Origin: Macrostomum lignano
Lineage: Eukaryota
Length of the DNA stretch: 64,000 bases
Direction of reading: 5' to 3'
Assembly: GCA_002269645.1 (NCBI GenBank)
Contig: NIVC01002183.1
Span: 124,001 to 188,000, forward strand
This document shows positions 12,600 through 27,934 of this stretch, piece after piece. A program made the translations under genes and the position numbers. The stretch's first letter is position 1, and the number at the start of each line of letters is the position of its first letter. The notes beneath the pieces were generated by a model. It did no database searches and had not been told where the DNA came from. It saw nothing but the letters and a program-made list of their open reading frames with translations.

Positions 12600-12906
12600 T
12601 ATTCAGAATATTTTTCATTACATGTGCCCCAATGTGCAGATATGCGACCGACAGCTCAGCCGCAGCTATTGCGCGGCGCATCTGAAGGCTGCGTACGGCT
12701 GTTCAGTCCAAGAACTGGGGAGGGGGTCGCCACACACACTCAATTACTCCAGCTAATGCTGGCACCCATTTTCCAGCTGGGTGAACTGAAGCAATGCAGA
12801 GTTAAGTGTCTTGCTCAAGGACACAAATTGTCCTAAGTGGGTCGAGAATCGAACCCCAGACCTTTCAGTTGTGAGACCGACGCTCTGACCACTAGGCTAC
12901 AACCCC
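12600..12906 (-). mobile_element. tRNA-derived SINE with a Meta-domain-like core
   Basis: Minus strand head GGGGTTGTAGCCTAGTGG...GGTTCGATTC (A and B boxes, 12841-12906), followed by TGTGTCCTTGAGCAAGACACTTAACTC...CACCCAGCTGGAAAATGGGTGCC, which resembles the MetaSINE core as I recall it. Confidence 0.75.
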
Positions 12907-13712
12907 TTCGATCGGAATGCATTGAGGTTTGATTTTGTAAATTTAGTGTTAAGAAGGTAAAAACTCCCGTCTCGCTGATGCTTTGGGGAGCCTACATAGT
13001 GTTGCGGAAACAGGCCTCGATCGAAATTTACAGCGTCCCCTCTGCTTGAATTGTTTCGTGTTGTTTACCTATTAGCTGAGCAGTGCTCAAATATGTATAT
13101 ATGCGATAAAAAACTTTATTGTCTGAATTCTCACACATTTCAGGCAAAAAAAGTGTTTATTGTTTTACTGCATTTGTTTTCGCCAAACTGTTCCAGAGTG
13201 CAATTTACTGGTAGTCGAGAATTCGTAGACGTCTGGTACGGACAGGGGCGATAGTTTGGGTGTTAACCCAGCTACTGCTGCCGACTGCACTACTAAACTC
13301 GGCTATTTTTAGAACAACTCTCGTAAAAGCTCGTATTTGTCGAACTTTTTACATATTTTAAATTGCTATTTTAGCCCTAATGTGGGGTTTTACTGACTGA
13401 AATACATTTAGCTGTATCAGGGCTTATTTTGTACCGTAATATCTTTATAGTATATTTTATTTAAAATCGGCAAATTTTAGCATAAAACACTACTATAAGT
13501 AAAAATTCAATGCATTGAAACTTTTTAAAGTAACATTTTGAGAGAGATTTCCGTAACTGCAACGACCTAAGGAATTGGTTGTAGTCAAGGATTCTGAAGG
13601 AAGGATGTCCTACGCTTTATCACCATCGAAGATCAAGAACATGATGGCTGATCTTCAGAGAGCCAAAAGTTATGGTTTTGAGGTCAAGCAGGATATGTAT
13701 AAGATAACAAAT

Positions 13713-13797
13713 AGAGTTGAGGGATGTATTTATTTTAGCACCGAGGGCCGAAGGCCGAAGGCCCGAGGGGTTTAAGAAAAATACATCCCTCAACTCT
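13713..13797. other. Perfect 19-bp inverted repeat around a GAGGGCCGAAGGCC loop, upstream of a Crypton recombinase
   Basis: AGAGTTGAGGGATGTATTT (13713-13731) and AAATACATCCCTCAACTCT (13779-13797). Confidence 0.9.
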
Positions 13798-14090
13798 GTG
13801 TCATCTCACTTAAATCCATATACTAGAAATGAAAATCTTGCTTGTTTGTTTGTACGAAATGCAACCCGCTAATTTATATAACAGCTAGTAAGAAATCTCC
13901 GGGTTGTATTTAACTACAACCCGCAAATTGCCCATAGACATCAATACTGTATTGGGGGTGTGGGCGCGAAGCCATAGACATATTTTATAAAGACAGACAG
14001 ACGACAGATAAATAGCAGGAAAGCCTCACTGAAACAAATTTAACTTCAATTAATTGACTCAAGTTAATTTCACTTTAACTGAAACAAATA

Positions 14091-15255
14091 ATGGCAGAAC
14101 TAAGACTTATTTTAAACCCGTTGGTTGATTATTCCAAAGACTACGTCGGAGACTATGATCCAAATGTGCTTACGATGGACGATTTAGACCTACTGCTGGA
14201 CGCTAGTGCAGATTTGCGGAACCCTACGCATTGCAAGAGATGCGATCGTCGCGTGAAGAACCTGGTCCATCAACGTTGCCAAAGGACTTGACTCTCGATA
14301 TGGTTCGATCACTTAACGAGTCGACAAAGCCTGCCAATACCGCCAATCGAAACAAGTGGTCCGTTGGCGTCTATGATAGGTGGCGCTCTGGGCGTTCCAA
14401 CGTGCTGTGCAAGAACTTAGCGATGATGAGCTAAACGAATACCTTCCTGTTTTCATTCACGAAATGACCCGTGCCGATGGGACTCAAAATCCGCCAAACA
14501 CACTCGTGTCGATTGTTGATAGTCTGCAACAAACTATCTGCAAGGTGCGTAAAGTTGATTTCTTTCGCAATGAGCGATTCAGCATTGTGCGTGAAAGTCT
14601 GGACGCCGCCATGAAGATTGGGATAAGAAATGGCTTAGGACTAGCCAGGAAATCTGCTGAAGTTGTTGGCTACGAAGATGAGGAGAAACTTTGGGAGAAA
14701 TTGTTTGGCGACAAAGATCCTACGAGTCTGATCAGAACTTTGTTTTATCTTAACGGCTTGCATTTTGCTCTACGTGGCGGTCAAGAACATAGTGCCCTGT
14801 GCATTTCGCAATTCAGTGTGCAAGAGCGAGAGGGACAGAAATGTCTTGTTTACCAAGAGATGGCCACGAAGACGAATGCTGGTGGATTGCGCGACACTCG
14901 CTTCAAACCAAAGGAAGTTCTTCACTTCGCCAATGCAGCCAATCCGGAACGTTGTCACGTTCGGCTTTTCGAGCTTTTTAAGAAAGTCAGGCCTAGCCAG
15001 AGTAATAGATTTTACCTTCTGCCGCTGAGGCAACCATCGGAGAAGCAATGGTACTCGAATCGTCCAATTGGCAAAAACACCCTGGCAAAGTTTCTGCATG
15101 AATGTGCACTGAAGCCGAGATTTTGGGCCACAAGACTAATCATAGTCTACGCGCTACGTGTGCTACACGTCTTTACCAAGCTGGCATTGAAGAAGACCCG
15201 CAAATTTTCGTTTTCCAGTTATATTCATAATCTCGTTTTTTGTCATCCAGAATGA
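14091..15255 (+). pseudogene. Crypton tyrosine recombinase (DUF3504-like), frameshifted and 3'-truncated
   Basis: LFYLNGLHFALRGGQEH, WYSNRPIGKNTL and, in a shifted frame, TNHSLRATCATRLYQAG. The final GH...Y segment is missing. Confidence 0.9.
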
Positions 15256-15906
15256 AATATAAAATATACAACCCGAAAAAATACAAATTCTAGCTCGATG
15301 TTTTGTGTCTATGGTAAAATTACTCTCTTCCGGGCTGCGGTTATTATTTCAGCACTGCTGTTACACTTTACTTATGTCTTGCGTTGTGAAATTCGTTGAA
15401 TTTGTATGCCTCACTTCTGACTACAAGTATCTGATAGAAATATCCAGATAAGTATAAGTTATTACCCGTTTATTCGTTTCTGTGGCAGGGAGCTAAGGCT
15501 GCGGATTTGGAAGCGAATTCAAAGCCTTAGCTCTCGGCCGTAGACTTGAATAAACGGGGAATAATATATTTATTCGTCACTTCTCTATTGATGCTGTCTG
15601 TGGTTAAAAACACTAGAGAACATTACACTAACAGTGAAGCAAAGAGAGCTGTTTCTTCCTCACTTGGCTGGGCCGTGTCTATGGTTCAATGCTTTTTTCA
15701 TTTCTTTGGCCTGGTCCAAGTTTGGAAGAAATATATTCTTTCCGTTTCTTTCTGTCTATGGCCCAAAGTCCCCGGCTTCGAGCTTGCTTCTAAACCTCGG
15801 CTGCGCCTCGTCCAAGAAACGAGCTCTCAGCCGAGGAATTCGGGCCAAAGAAGGGAAGAAACGGAAAGAACTTATACTTCTTTTCGATTCCCTCTATTCA
15901 TCAGCC

Positions 15907-18841
<2,935 letters not shown>

Positions 18842-19589
18842 ACTACGTTTGGCTGATCCGTATTGACAATATGGCTACTCTACATGCTCCCCTATTAAAT
18901 TCATTATTAATTGCATTATAGTTTCCAAATAAAACTCGTTTCCACCTTTTATTGGCCCGCTTCTTTGGCCCGGTGCCTTTTTCTATGACTCGGCCAAAGA
19001 AAGAAATAAATGTGCGACCAAGTGGGGAATAAGTATAAGATAAAATCCCCCCCCCCCAGATTTGTTTTTTTGGCGTATAGAATGGTTGAGGAGGCCTAGA
19101 AGCGCAGTCCGAAGCCATTCTTTACGCCATAGACAGCAAATCTAGAGGGTGTTATCATATTTGAACCTAAGTGTGGCTCGGCCAGGCACTGTTCTGCACT
19201 AGCTGATTTCACGGCCCGGCCGTGAAATATTTCCTGACCCGGCCATAAAATAAAATGCGTTACATACAATAGACACTGGACTGAGCCACACTGGGGATTA
19301 AACAGAGATAAAGGCTGGGGCACAGCAGAAAAGTTTTTCTAAGTTATTAGAACATTTATTATTAATTTGTCAATGGTGTTTGCTAGGCTGAATTGCCTGT
19401 TCGTGTGAGCATCACTAGAGAGGAGACTCTCGAGAGATATAGCAACCGATAAATGAAATAAAAGCTGAATCTGAGAGCTCGGCACCTGAGAGGTGAGAGG
19501 CCGAACTGACTTACAATCGAACAACTACGAGCTATCAATTGAGATTAGAGACGAGAAATGTTGCTAGGTATACTGTTGTTAGGCCTCAG

Positions 19590-20700
19590 TTCTAAACCAG
19601 ACGTTCGAAGCTTGATGAAGTTTCAGTTTCTGCAAGGAAAAAAGCCACCGGATATGTTTAGGGAGCTTCAGTAAGTGCTTGGCAACTGTGCACCAACTGA
19701 GCAGACAGTTCGAAAATGGTACCAGCTATTCGCTGAGGGACGAGAGAGCGTTGAAGACAATGATCGCTCTGAAAGGCCGATGACAGCAACCAACGAGACT
19801 GCTGTGAAGACAGTGCAGGAACTCCTGGATGATGATCGGCGACGGACTTGCGAAGAGTTGGCAGAAGACATTCGTGTGTCAGTAGGAAGCGTCCACACCA
19901 TTCTGACTGAGCATCTTCACCTGCAAAAAAAGTTCAGCAGGTGGTTGCCACACCTGCAGACAGGTGAGCAAAATATGCAGCGAACTGTGGCTTCAAGCAG
20001 CCACCTGTGTCGGTTCCATCGTGAAGGAGAGGATTTTTTATCGAGAATTGTTGCTGGAGACGAGACGTGGGTTTACAGCTGGGATCCTGAGACAAGGTCC
20101 CAGTCTGCCGAATGCCTTCCAGCACATTCTCCAAGACCTCAGAAGGCCATCAGGAAGTAGGGTGCGATGAAGATCATGCACGTCATGCTTTTTGATTCCC
20201 AAGGAATCGTGCTGAACTGGGCAGTCCAACAAGGAACCACCGTCAATGGGGACTACTACAAGTGGATTCTGCAGGAGAAGTTGCGCCCAGAAATACGAAA
20301 GAAGCGCCCTGGTCTGCTGGAATCTGGCGTGATGCGCCAGCACATCGCAAGCACAACGTCGTGGAACTCCTGAGCAAATGGGGCTGGAAAGTGCTCGAAT
20401 ATCCACCTTAGTCGCCTGATTTTTCGCTATGCGAATTTTTTTATTTCCATCTGTGAAGAGGCACCTTCGAAGCATTCGATTCGACAGCGTCGAGCACATC
20501 GAAGCTGCTTGTAATCTAACTGTTCGTCAAACGGACGCGAGTGATGTGAGTTCCGGAATCAGAGGTCTGGTACATCGCTGGCAAAGTGCAAAGACATTGG
20601 CGGTGAATATATTGAGTGACAGAGTCATGTTAAACAATTTAACAGTGTTTTCATAGTTCCAGTTGTTTTGTGTTCAGTTTTGTAGGGCACCGAAAAGAAC
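19590..20700 (+). pseudogene. mariner transposase, degenerate
   Basis: APTEQTVRKWY, VAGDETWVYSWDPETRSQS, FLFPSVKRHLRSIRF; contains stops and frameshifts. Confidence 0.9.
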
Positions 20701-21060
20701 TTTTTGAATGCACCTTTTGGACCAATGTGCTGGGCAATGTTACTCCGAAGAAGTTACTCAGGACACTTTTCTATCTAAATTGGTTGCATATTGTCCTTAG
20801 AGGAGGAGAGGAGCACAGCGCTATGACAACCGATTATCTGTCAATTGAGATTAGAGACGAGAAACGGTGCTTGGTATACCGTAAATGTGTTTCAAAGACT
20901 AACGCTGGAGGAGAGTTGGCCAGTCACAAAAAGAATTAAGCCAAAGAAGGCTGTCCACTTTGAGTCTACCGATTCTGTTAGGCGCCATGTGAGCCTATTT
21001 GAAAAAATACTTACTCAAGTGTCCAGACCTGTTTCTATTGGCAACCGTTGGTCAAGCCCG
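20700..21060 (+). pseudogene. Crypton recombinase core fragment
   Basis: LLRTLFYLNWLHIVLRGGEEHS...CLVYRKCVSKTNAGG, homologous to the 14091 and 36051 copies. Confidence 0.85.
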
Positions 21061-21248
21061 GTGTGAAGTGGTTTTCAAATCATTGAATCATTGGACGAGT
21101 CCATCTAATGCTTCGCCACTCGCGACTGCGAGCATTATCTACGGCTAAGACATGCCACACACGCGCATTTTCTATGACCGAAACGAGTCCCGAGAATTTT
21201 GTTTTTTGGTGAAAAGATCACATAAAAGAGTTAGGGGAATTATGTCGG

Positions 21249-21765
21249 CCATAGACTAGGACTTTCCTAAGCTTAAAACTATATCTGTAAGGGACTGTTT
21301 TCTAAGACAGGAGCAGAAAAATTCGGCTCTCGTCTCAATGTTGGAAATCTTTGAATGGAGTTAGCGACAACGAGCTAGCTTTAATACTGCACAAAGCTCT
21401 ACGGATCACAACGACGAGGACGAACTAAAGAATTTTATTAACTTTCTCACGGATCTTCAGGCAAACACTGAAGATTATGTTTCGGGAGTCGAATTGCCAG
21501 AAGTACCCGAGTCCGTGGCTGCCGACATGGACAAAGTCGAGTTGGACTCGTTACCGCGATCTACAAAAAACAAATTATGCAACAGGGAGGTTGACTTCAT
21601 TCGCAAGCATACAGCTGAAGAGGTAGAAAACGTGACAAAGGATAAGATTGGGGACTATCTTCGTTTTTACTAATTTGGACTAAAGAAAGCTGATGGAAGT
21701 CTGTGTTCGCCTGCTACGCTTGTGTGCGCTCGAGCTGGTGTGCAGCGTTACCTTAAATTACATTA
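21249..21765 (+). pseudogene. Crypton (third subfamily) 5' fragment
   Basis: SSTDHNDEDELKNFINF...MDKVELDSLPRSTK, then KKADGSLCSPATLVCARAGVQRYL. Starts at a CCATAGAC. Confidence 0.75.
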
Positions 21766-22330
21766 CATTACAACGACGCTAGGATCGGGGGGGGGGGCGC
21801 TAGCGCGCACACGATTGCGAAAAAGAGGGGCAGGGCAGGTCGCAGCAGTCTGGGGGGGAGGGGGTCAGTCCAATTGCCTCCAGGTCGGCAACAAGTGTCT
21901 CCCGGAGCGTCTGAGTCCGCCCTTGGCCGCGGCGGAACCGTTCGGTTACCTTAGCGTTACCTTAGAATGGTACTGAAGATGAAGACAGGCATCCATTTAT
22001 GCATTCTTTATTGTCTATTGTATTTTTTGTTACGTGTTTCAAATAAAATGTTGGCTGATTTTTCAGCACGTTTTGTTTATGGTTCTAGTGTTCTTTGGAA
22101 GCCTGAACTAATAGCGTTATTAGGACAATCATTAGGACTCATACGAGCAGAATAAAGGTAGATTGTATAGTATTCAATTAAGTTACATACTATACAAGTG
22201 AATTGTATTTATACTTTTAAGCAGCGCCATGTCATTATTCCACACTTTTTTGCTCTGGTGCTATTGGTTGTTTTTGCGATTTACGAAACACACGAGAGCT
22301 TATACGAGGTCTACCATATACTTAGATATG

Positions 22331-23428
22331 CCATAGACAAAACAATTTCCTCAAAGTCTGTCTTTGATTATGTTATGCGATTCTTAAAAATTAAAACACC
22401 CTATTGGAAAAATCTTTCCGTGGACTCGCTAAACGGAGTCAAGATGGACGAGTTGCAACTGCTGTCTGAGCTTAGTTCAACGGACCATCACGATGACCAG
22501 GCCTTGCGGGATTTCATTGATTGGATTGAGAACGACCATGGAACTGAAGAACTGCCGGACCTGCCGGAAGTGGATGGCCTCAATGAACAGTTGATCTCGA
22601 CAATTCCCACGAGCTCTACCGAACGACAAGGCTGGTAACCTGCGCATCGCTACTCAACAAGTACGAGGCATAAATTGATTTAACTCTCTGATGAAACGCC
22701 TGAGCCAGCGGTGCAGCTTGTCTCGAGAGTACACCAACCATTGCATACGAGTGACGAGAATCGCTGACCTGAAAGAGAAAAGTCATAGCCTGAGTGACAT
22801 CATGTGTATTACCGGGCAAAAAAGTGAACGAACTATGCGGCGCTACCGATCGAGCCGTCTTCACCCCTTCGACGGCTATACGCAGTGCCTTGGAGCGCCC
22901 AATAGACTCAGCCGAGCAACCGACAGTCAAAAAGACTCCCAGTCTGAAGACCAGTGCCAAAACGAAATCCCCAAATGAACTTGTCACCACAAGCCAAGAA
23001 GTGCATCTATCTAGCGGTAAGTCAGGCAACCATGCAGTCACAGAGAGCTCTTATTAGTAGGAAACTTGAGAAGCCTAATTCAGGAAAAATTATTCTTGCA
23101 TTTGCAGTGCTAAATAGCCAGGGTCAGGTGTCCAGCATATTCGGGAACTGCCTCTTTGAGAACTGCACCTTCAATTTCGGGGCGAGTAAGTAAACATTCG
23201 CTGTAAAATGTTGACTACAAACTGACGAAGTGTGTTGCAAAAGTTAAGCTTAATTTAATATATTTTTTATGCTTTTTGGCGTTTTCAACATTGCATTTGT
23301 TCGATATCAATTAATAAATATATGTGTTCATTTTTTCAAGGAAGCCTCTACTGTCAAATTATTCACAGGTTTATCTGTTAAAATACACTTAATAACAGCT
23401 ACGTTATTTCAAATCCTTATGTCTATGG
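22331..23428 (+). mobile_element. Internally deleted Crypton (third subfamily) bounded by inverted CCATAGAC...GTCTATGG
   Basis: N-terminus SSTDHHDDQALRDFIDW joined to YTNHCIRVTRIADL...ITGQKSERTMRRY, ending FGNCLFENCTFNF. Confidence 0.8.
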
Positions 23429-23449
23429 CTTAGAACCTGAAAAGTGTGG

Positions 23450-24600
23450 AATAATGGCCAAAATATTTTGTTATTGCGTCTGGGTTCTTGCGGCTGGACC
23501 AGGGACGGTCATGAAAATAGGCAGACAAGCACTGTGGAAACATGGCAGACCTACCGACAAAAAGTTCCACCCAGCGTCGGGCGTTGCCTCAAGATTTCAG
23601 TGTCCAAGGTGTGGTGGAAAACACAAGGAAAAGTCCTGTGTCAGCCATGGGAAAGGCCTGTCGGAAATGTGGTAAGATGAACCACATTGAGAATATGGGC
23701 AAGTCAAGAGCAGGTAGTCAGGATCATGAGGCGCAGGCGGGAAACGCACAGCCGGCGGATGTTCTGTCCGTGGTGCACGCTGCAGCAGTCAATGACGACC
23801 CTATCTGTCAATATCCCTAGTGTGCTCCGCCAAAGTCCGGGATCAGGAAGTTCAGTGTCAGCTTGAGTCGGGCGCTACAGTTTCGGTCATGTCCAGCAGC
23901 TTGTGGAAAAGCATCGGCAGACCTCGCTTACGACTGAGCAATGCAGTCCTGATCGGCTACATGGACAAACACAAGTTTGACCTGCTAGGCCAACTGACTG
24001 TACCGGCAGTCTAGAACAAATGACAGATCCAAGTCACATTCCAAGTTGTAGCTTCGAGCAGACGCTTTGCCTTACTTGGCAGAGATGTTTTACATTTCGA
24101 CCTGAGTGCAATCATAATTGGACACTCCGACACGCAGAACGCGGGACAGGAACCCTCAGACAGTGCACCAAAGAGGCACACTTAGAGCTCAAGGGCGAGG
24201 GCAAGCCGAAGTACATCAAGACATGCCCGATTCCGTTCGCGCTGAAGGACAAGCTCAAAGCAGAAATCGATGAGCTCCTAAAAGACGAGATCATCGAACC
24301 GGTAAAGTTCTCAGAGCGGGCGTCGCCAGAAGCCAAATGGAGGTCTCCGGTTGTGCGTGAATTATAAGCAAACTGTAAATCCACAGCTGGTCAACGAAAG
24401 CAATCCATCGCCGACTCCGGAGAAGGCATTTGCGGCAGTCTCAGGTTGTAAGGTCTATACGATTTTGGACTTAAAGAAAACCTACAACCAAATAGAGCTC
24501 GACAACACGTCTAAGGACCTGACTGTCATGGCCACTCCGCTTGATATTTTCGGCATCAAAACGGCGCCAATAATTTTTCAAAGGTTCATCACTGAAGTTG
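23450..24600 (+). mobile_element. Gypsy (Mag/K02A2.6-like) gag-protease-RT fragment
   Basis: Knuckles CPRCGGKH and CRKCGKMNH, protease LESGATVSVM, RT PIPFALKDKLKAEIDELL and ILDLKKTYNQIEL. Confidence 0.85.
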
Positions 24601-24629
24601 AAGAAGAATTGTGCTTTTCTTCTCAGCAG

Positions 24630-24960
24630 GTTTGCGGAATTAACCGGCTGAAAAATATGATGCAACGTCTTAGTAAGAAGTTAAATTTGTCAAGTGACTA
24701 TACGAATCAAACAGGTCACGACCTCAGCAGGATCATGTGTGTGTGTTACTGGCCAAAAGACGGAACGGACTGTTCGATGGTACCTCTCAAGAAAAAGTGA
24801 TTGCGCTGTTTGTCAAACATCAGCAGCTATAAGCGCTACCTTAAAGCAACCAATCGGGAAAGAAGGTCAGCCATCGTGTGCAAAACAGAAGCCTTGAACA
24901 CTCTGAGTCAAGACGTGCATCTTTCAGCAGGTAAGAAGAGTGGAAGAGCTCTGGGTGTCC
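24630..24960 (+). pseudogene. Crypton recombinase C-terminal fragment
   Basis: GINRLKNMMQRLSKKLNLSSDYTN and TGQKTERTVRWY, similar to 22691-22850. Confidence 0.7.
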
Positions 24961-25311
24961 TGGGACTGGGAAATTCTGTCTCAGCCACGCTATTCGCCTG
25001 ACTTGGCTCCGGCGGACTTCTACGTTTTCCAAGGATAAAGGAGAGTCTTCGTGGTCAACGTTTTGCCGTTTCAACGTTTCAACGGTGGAATTAATAACAG
25101 TGCTTCATCAGCTATCCGGCATCTGGCCATTGGCGGTTGCAGCCCTGCCTTCGAGGCGTGGCTGCGCCGCTGGCAGAAATGCGTTGACCTTGGCGGCAAA
25201 TTAGTAGAGTAAATATGAGTTCATTTTGCGGTTGCAAAGTTTTTTTGATTGTGGATTCACTAGTGTGTCTTTTATGGTGTAGCGAAACTTACTTTTGGAA
25301 TAGCCCTCGTA
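24960..25311 (+). mobile_element. mariner 3' end with right TIR
   Basis: YSPDLAPADFY motif and terminal ...TTTTGGAATAGCCCTCG followed by TA. Confidence 0.8.
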
Positions 25312-25999
25312 AACCGCAACTTTAGGACTTTCAGGATGTACCTCCAGTGTTTTTCTGATAAATTTTTCATTTTTCTGTTAGAAATATCCAAGCTCAAGTT
25401 TTACGAATGTTTGAAAATTGCCATTTCAAAAGCTGCACGTTTACCTTAAACAGTTAACAATTTGGATCTGTGCTGGCGTCAGTAACGGGCTGAGGGCTTA
25501 TTTGTTGTCTTTTCCGATATGACTACTGCTCGTAGTAGTGCTACTGTTAAACATGAAGGATTCATTTCTCCATGCTGTTAAACTGTTACATAAATACACT
25601 TGTTATGAACTTGCTCCTATTTGATTCGTTGTCTATGACAATCGCAAAAGTGTTAAACAATAACGTTTTGATATTGGTATTGCGTCGAAGTGAAAGTTTG
25701 CGACAATGGTAGATTGTCAATGGTAGAACCGTGTGGACACTCGCATTGTTGTATGGCCTGTCGTATGCCTGATTGTTAAGCAACGCCATGAGCAACACTT
25801 ATGCCATGGCGAGACATAGACAAAAAATTTATCAAACTTAGCATTATCTACCTTTGAGTCCGTATATATAATATTATTGTCTCATGATTTCGCAGTAAAA
25901 GTATGTTGAATAATCTGTCATTATTAAATGTTTGATAATGCATGTTTAAACTTGGATTATGATATGAGCCATAGACGTTGAAGTTGGACTCAGATAATG

Positions 26000-26797
26000 C
26001 CATAGACAATTAAAGTTTTACCCAGAAAACAAAGTGGGTAGTGTTAGACTAAAACTAAGTTAATAGGATTGAGCAGAGAATTCGACGACTGCAATACTTA
26101 TAAGCAATGTCTGCTTCACACCTTATCAGCTGGTACCATCTGCCAGCTGATAGTCTCCACGGCGTTACATCCAGCGAATATTCTTTCCTTGCGGAGCTTA
26201 GCAGTGCTGATCACCGAGAAGATGCCCAACTGGAGGATTTCATCCACTTCATTACCGATCATTCGCGATCTAAAGAGCAGCTGCTTGGTGTCGTTCCACC
26301 GGACTTCGAAGAAGGAAAAGATTTAATTGCTACGGACAGCATGGATAAGGCCGAGTTGGATTCGCCACCGTGCACAACCAAAGACTAAATTTTCTCCTAC
26401 GGTGACGTGTTTGTCATGCCACTCGCGACGACTGATCATTATCCATCTCCGAAACCTTTTTGGCTAAGTAAAAAAATGTCTCCAGTGTCTTCTCAGGCTG
26501 CCACTTCTCAAATTGCACGTTCAACTTAAGCAATTAGGCCTACAGTCGCTAGTAATAGATCGTCTGCTTTGTTAGGAAGATGCTTAGGAATTAAGAATAC
26601 TGAGCTTAAAATACATCAAAACTTACTGTTCTATTCTGTATTGTACTGTACTGCTTTCAAACGTACCTTTTGCAAATTTCTCAAAGAATGCCATTTTTGT
26701 GTTTTCGTGCATAATTAACAAATATGCTTAAACGTGTATTATATTGTATCACTAGTTTTACTAAATATAAACCCTGTTATTTGACCATAGTCTATGG
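26000..26797 (+). pseudogene. Crypton (third subfamily) 5' fragment between CCATAGAC and GTCTATGG
   Basis: AELSSADHREDAQLEDFIHF...MDKAELDSPPCTTK, homologous to the 21355 and 22444 N-termini. Confidence 0.7.
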
Positions 26798-27389
26798 TCC
26801 AAAGTTGAAAAAAATCGTTTACAAGGCCTGCTGACATGCCGCCGTGCGGTGAATGCGTCTGACGGTCGGCAAATGAACTGCTGGAGTATCTTCATAACGA
26901 ACAATTGCAAACTGTAATGGAGGATGGTACTGGGACAATTGTGCCGTACTACTTATTGTGATTAATTCTCACCGTTAATATATTATTGCCTTTACTCTTT
27001 CTTGTTCGCATTTGTTGTCTCTGTTGAAAAATAACACAGCATTATCCTAAAAGCTAATTTTTGACTATGTGCATTCAATTCCGACAACCACGCTTTCTAA
27101 AACGACACTGCTTTTAATTAAAAAACGTTTGTAGAAGCTACTTGTCCTGTCAAGCAACTATGGCTGGTGTATTTCGTCAAACAGCGCTTATTAAGTGCTT
27201 ATTAAGTGATCAATAGATTCAGTCAAGCAGCCGACAGTCCCAAAGATTCCGAGCTTGGATACCGGTACCAAAGAAAGCTCATCAGGCTTTTATCTTTTAA
27301 ATTATAAGTTTTGAAATTATAATTGAGCACCTATATTTCCCTTTTATAAAAACATTCAACATGGATCAACTCCTTTTTACAGTGCTAAA

Positions 27390-27652
27390 TCATTGGGCTA
27401 AAGTGTCCAGCATCTCTGGGAACTGCCGCTTTGAGAACTGTACGTTCACTTTGGGTGAGATATTGATTATCGTATCTTTAAATCTTGACTACAAACTTAT
27501 GAACTGCACTGTGACATTTATCATGAACTCTTATGTGTAGCTGGTACTTTAGTTTGATTGATTTTTTTCCTTTTGTTTATTTTCTTCTTGTTGTTCTGTA
27601 TTTATTGACAAAAGTACTCTGCGATGAATGTTTTGCATCCAAATGTCTATGG
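27390..27652 (+). pseudogene. Crypton (third subfamily) 3' end
   Basis: GTGTCCAGCATCTCTGGGAACTGCCGCTTTGAGAACTG resembles 23128-23170; ends at GTCTATGG 27645. Confidence 0.65.
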
Positions 27653-27934
27653 TGTACTAAAAAACTGTGGAATAATGACCGAAAATTGTTTCAATTGTTT
27701 GCTTGTGTAAGTATATGTACAATGGGGATTATTTTAGCCAAGATTATTCCGTGGCCATTATTACAGGAGAGAAAAAGGGGTGGATTAAAGCATTGACAAA
27801 AAAGCGAAGAGGCAAGAGCTCTGTTTGGGAGAGAGAAGAAATTTAGAAGGTTTGCCGATGGGCCATAATTTTAACAGAGTATATGGGTTGGGTTGAACCA
27901 TAGACAAAAAGCGAAGAAGAAATGAGCTAAGATC

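Noticed and set aside
12841-12906. tRNA-Val(CAC) gene
   Set aside because: The acceptor stem cannot pair and the sequence continues into a SINE core.
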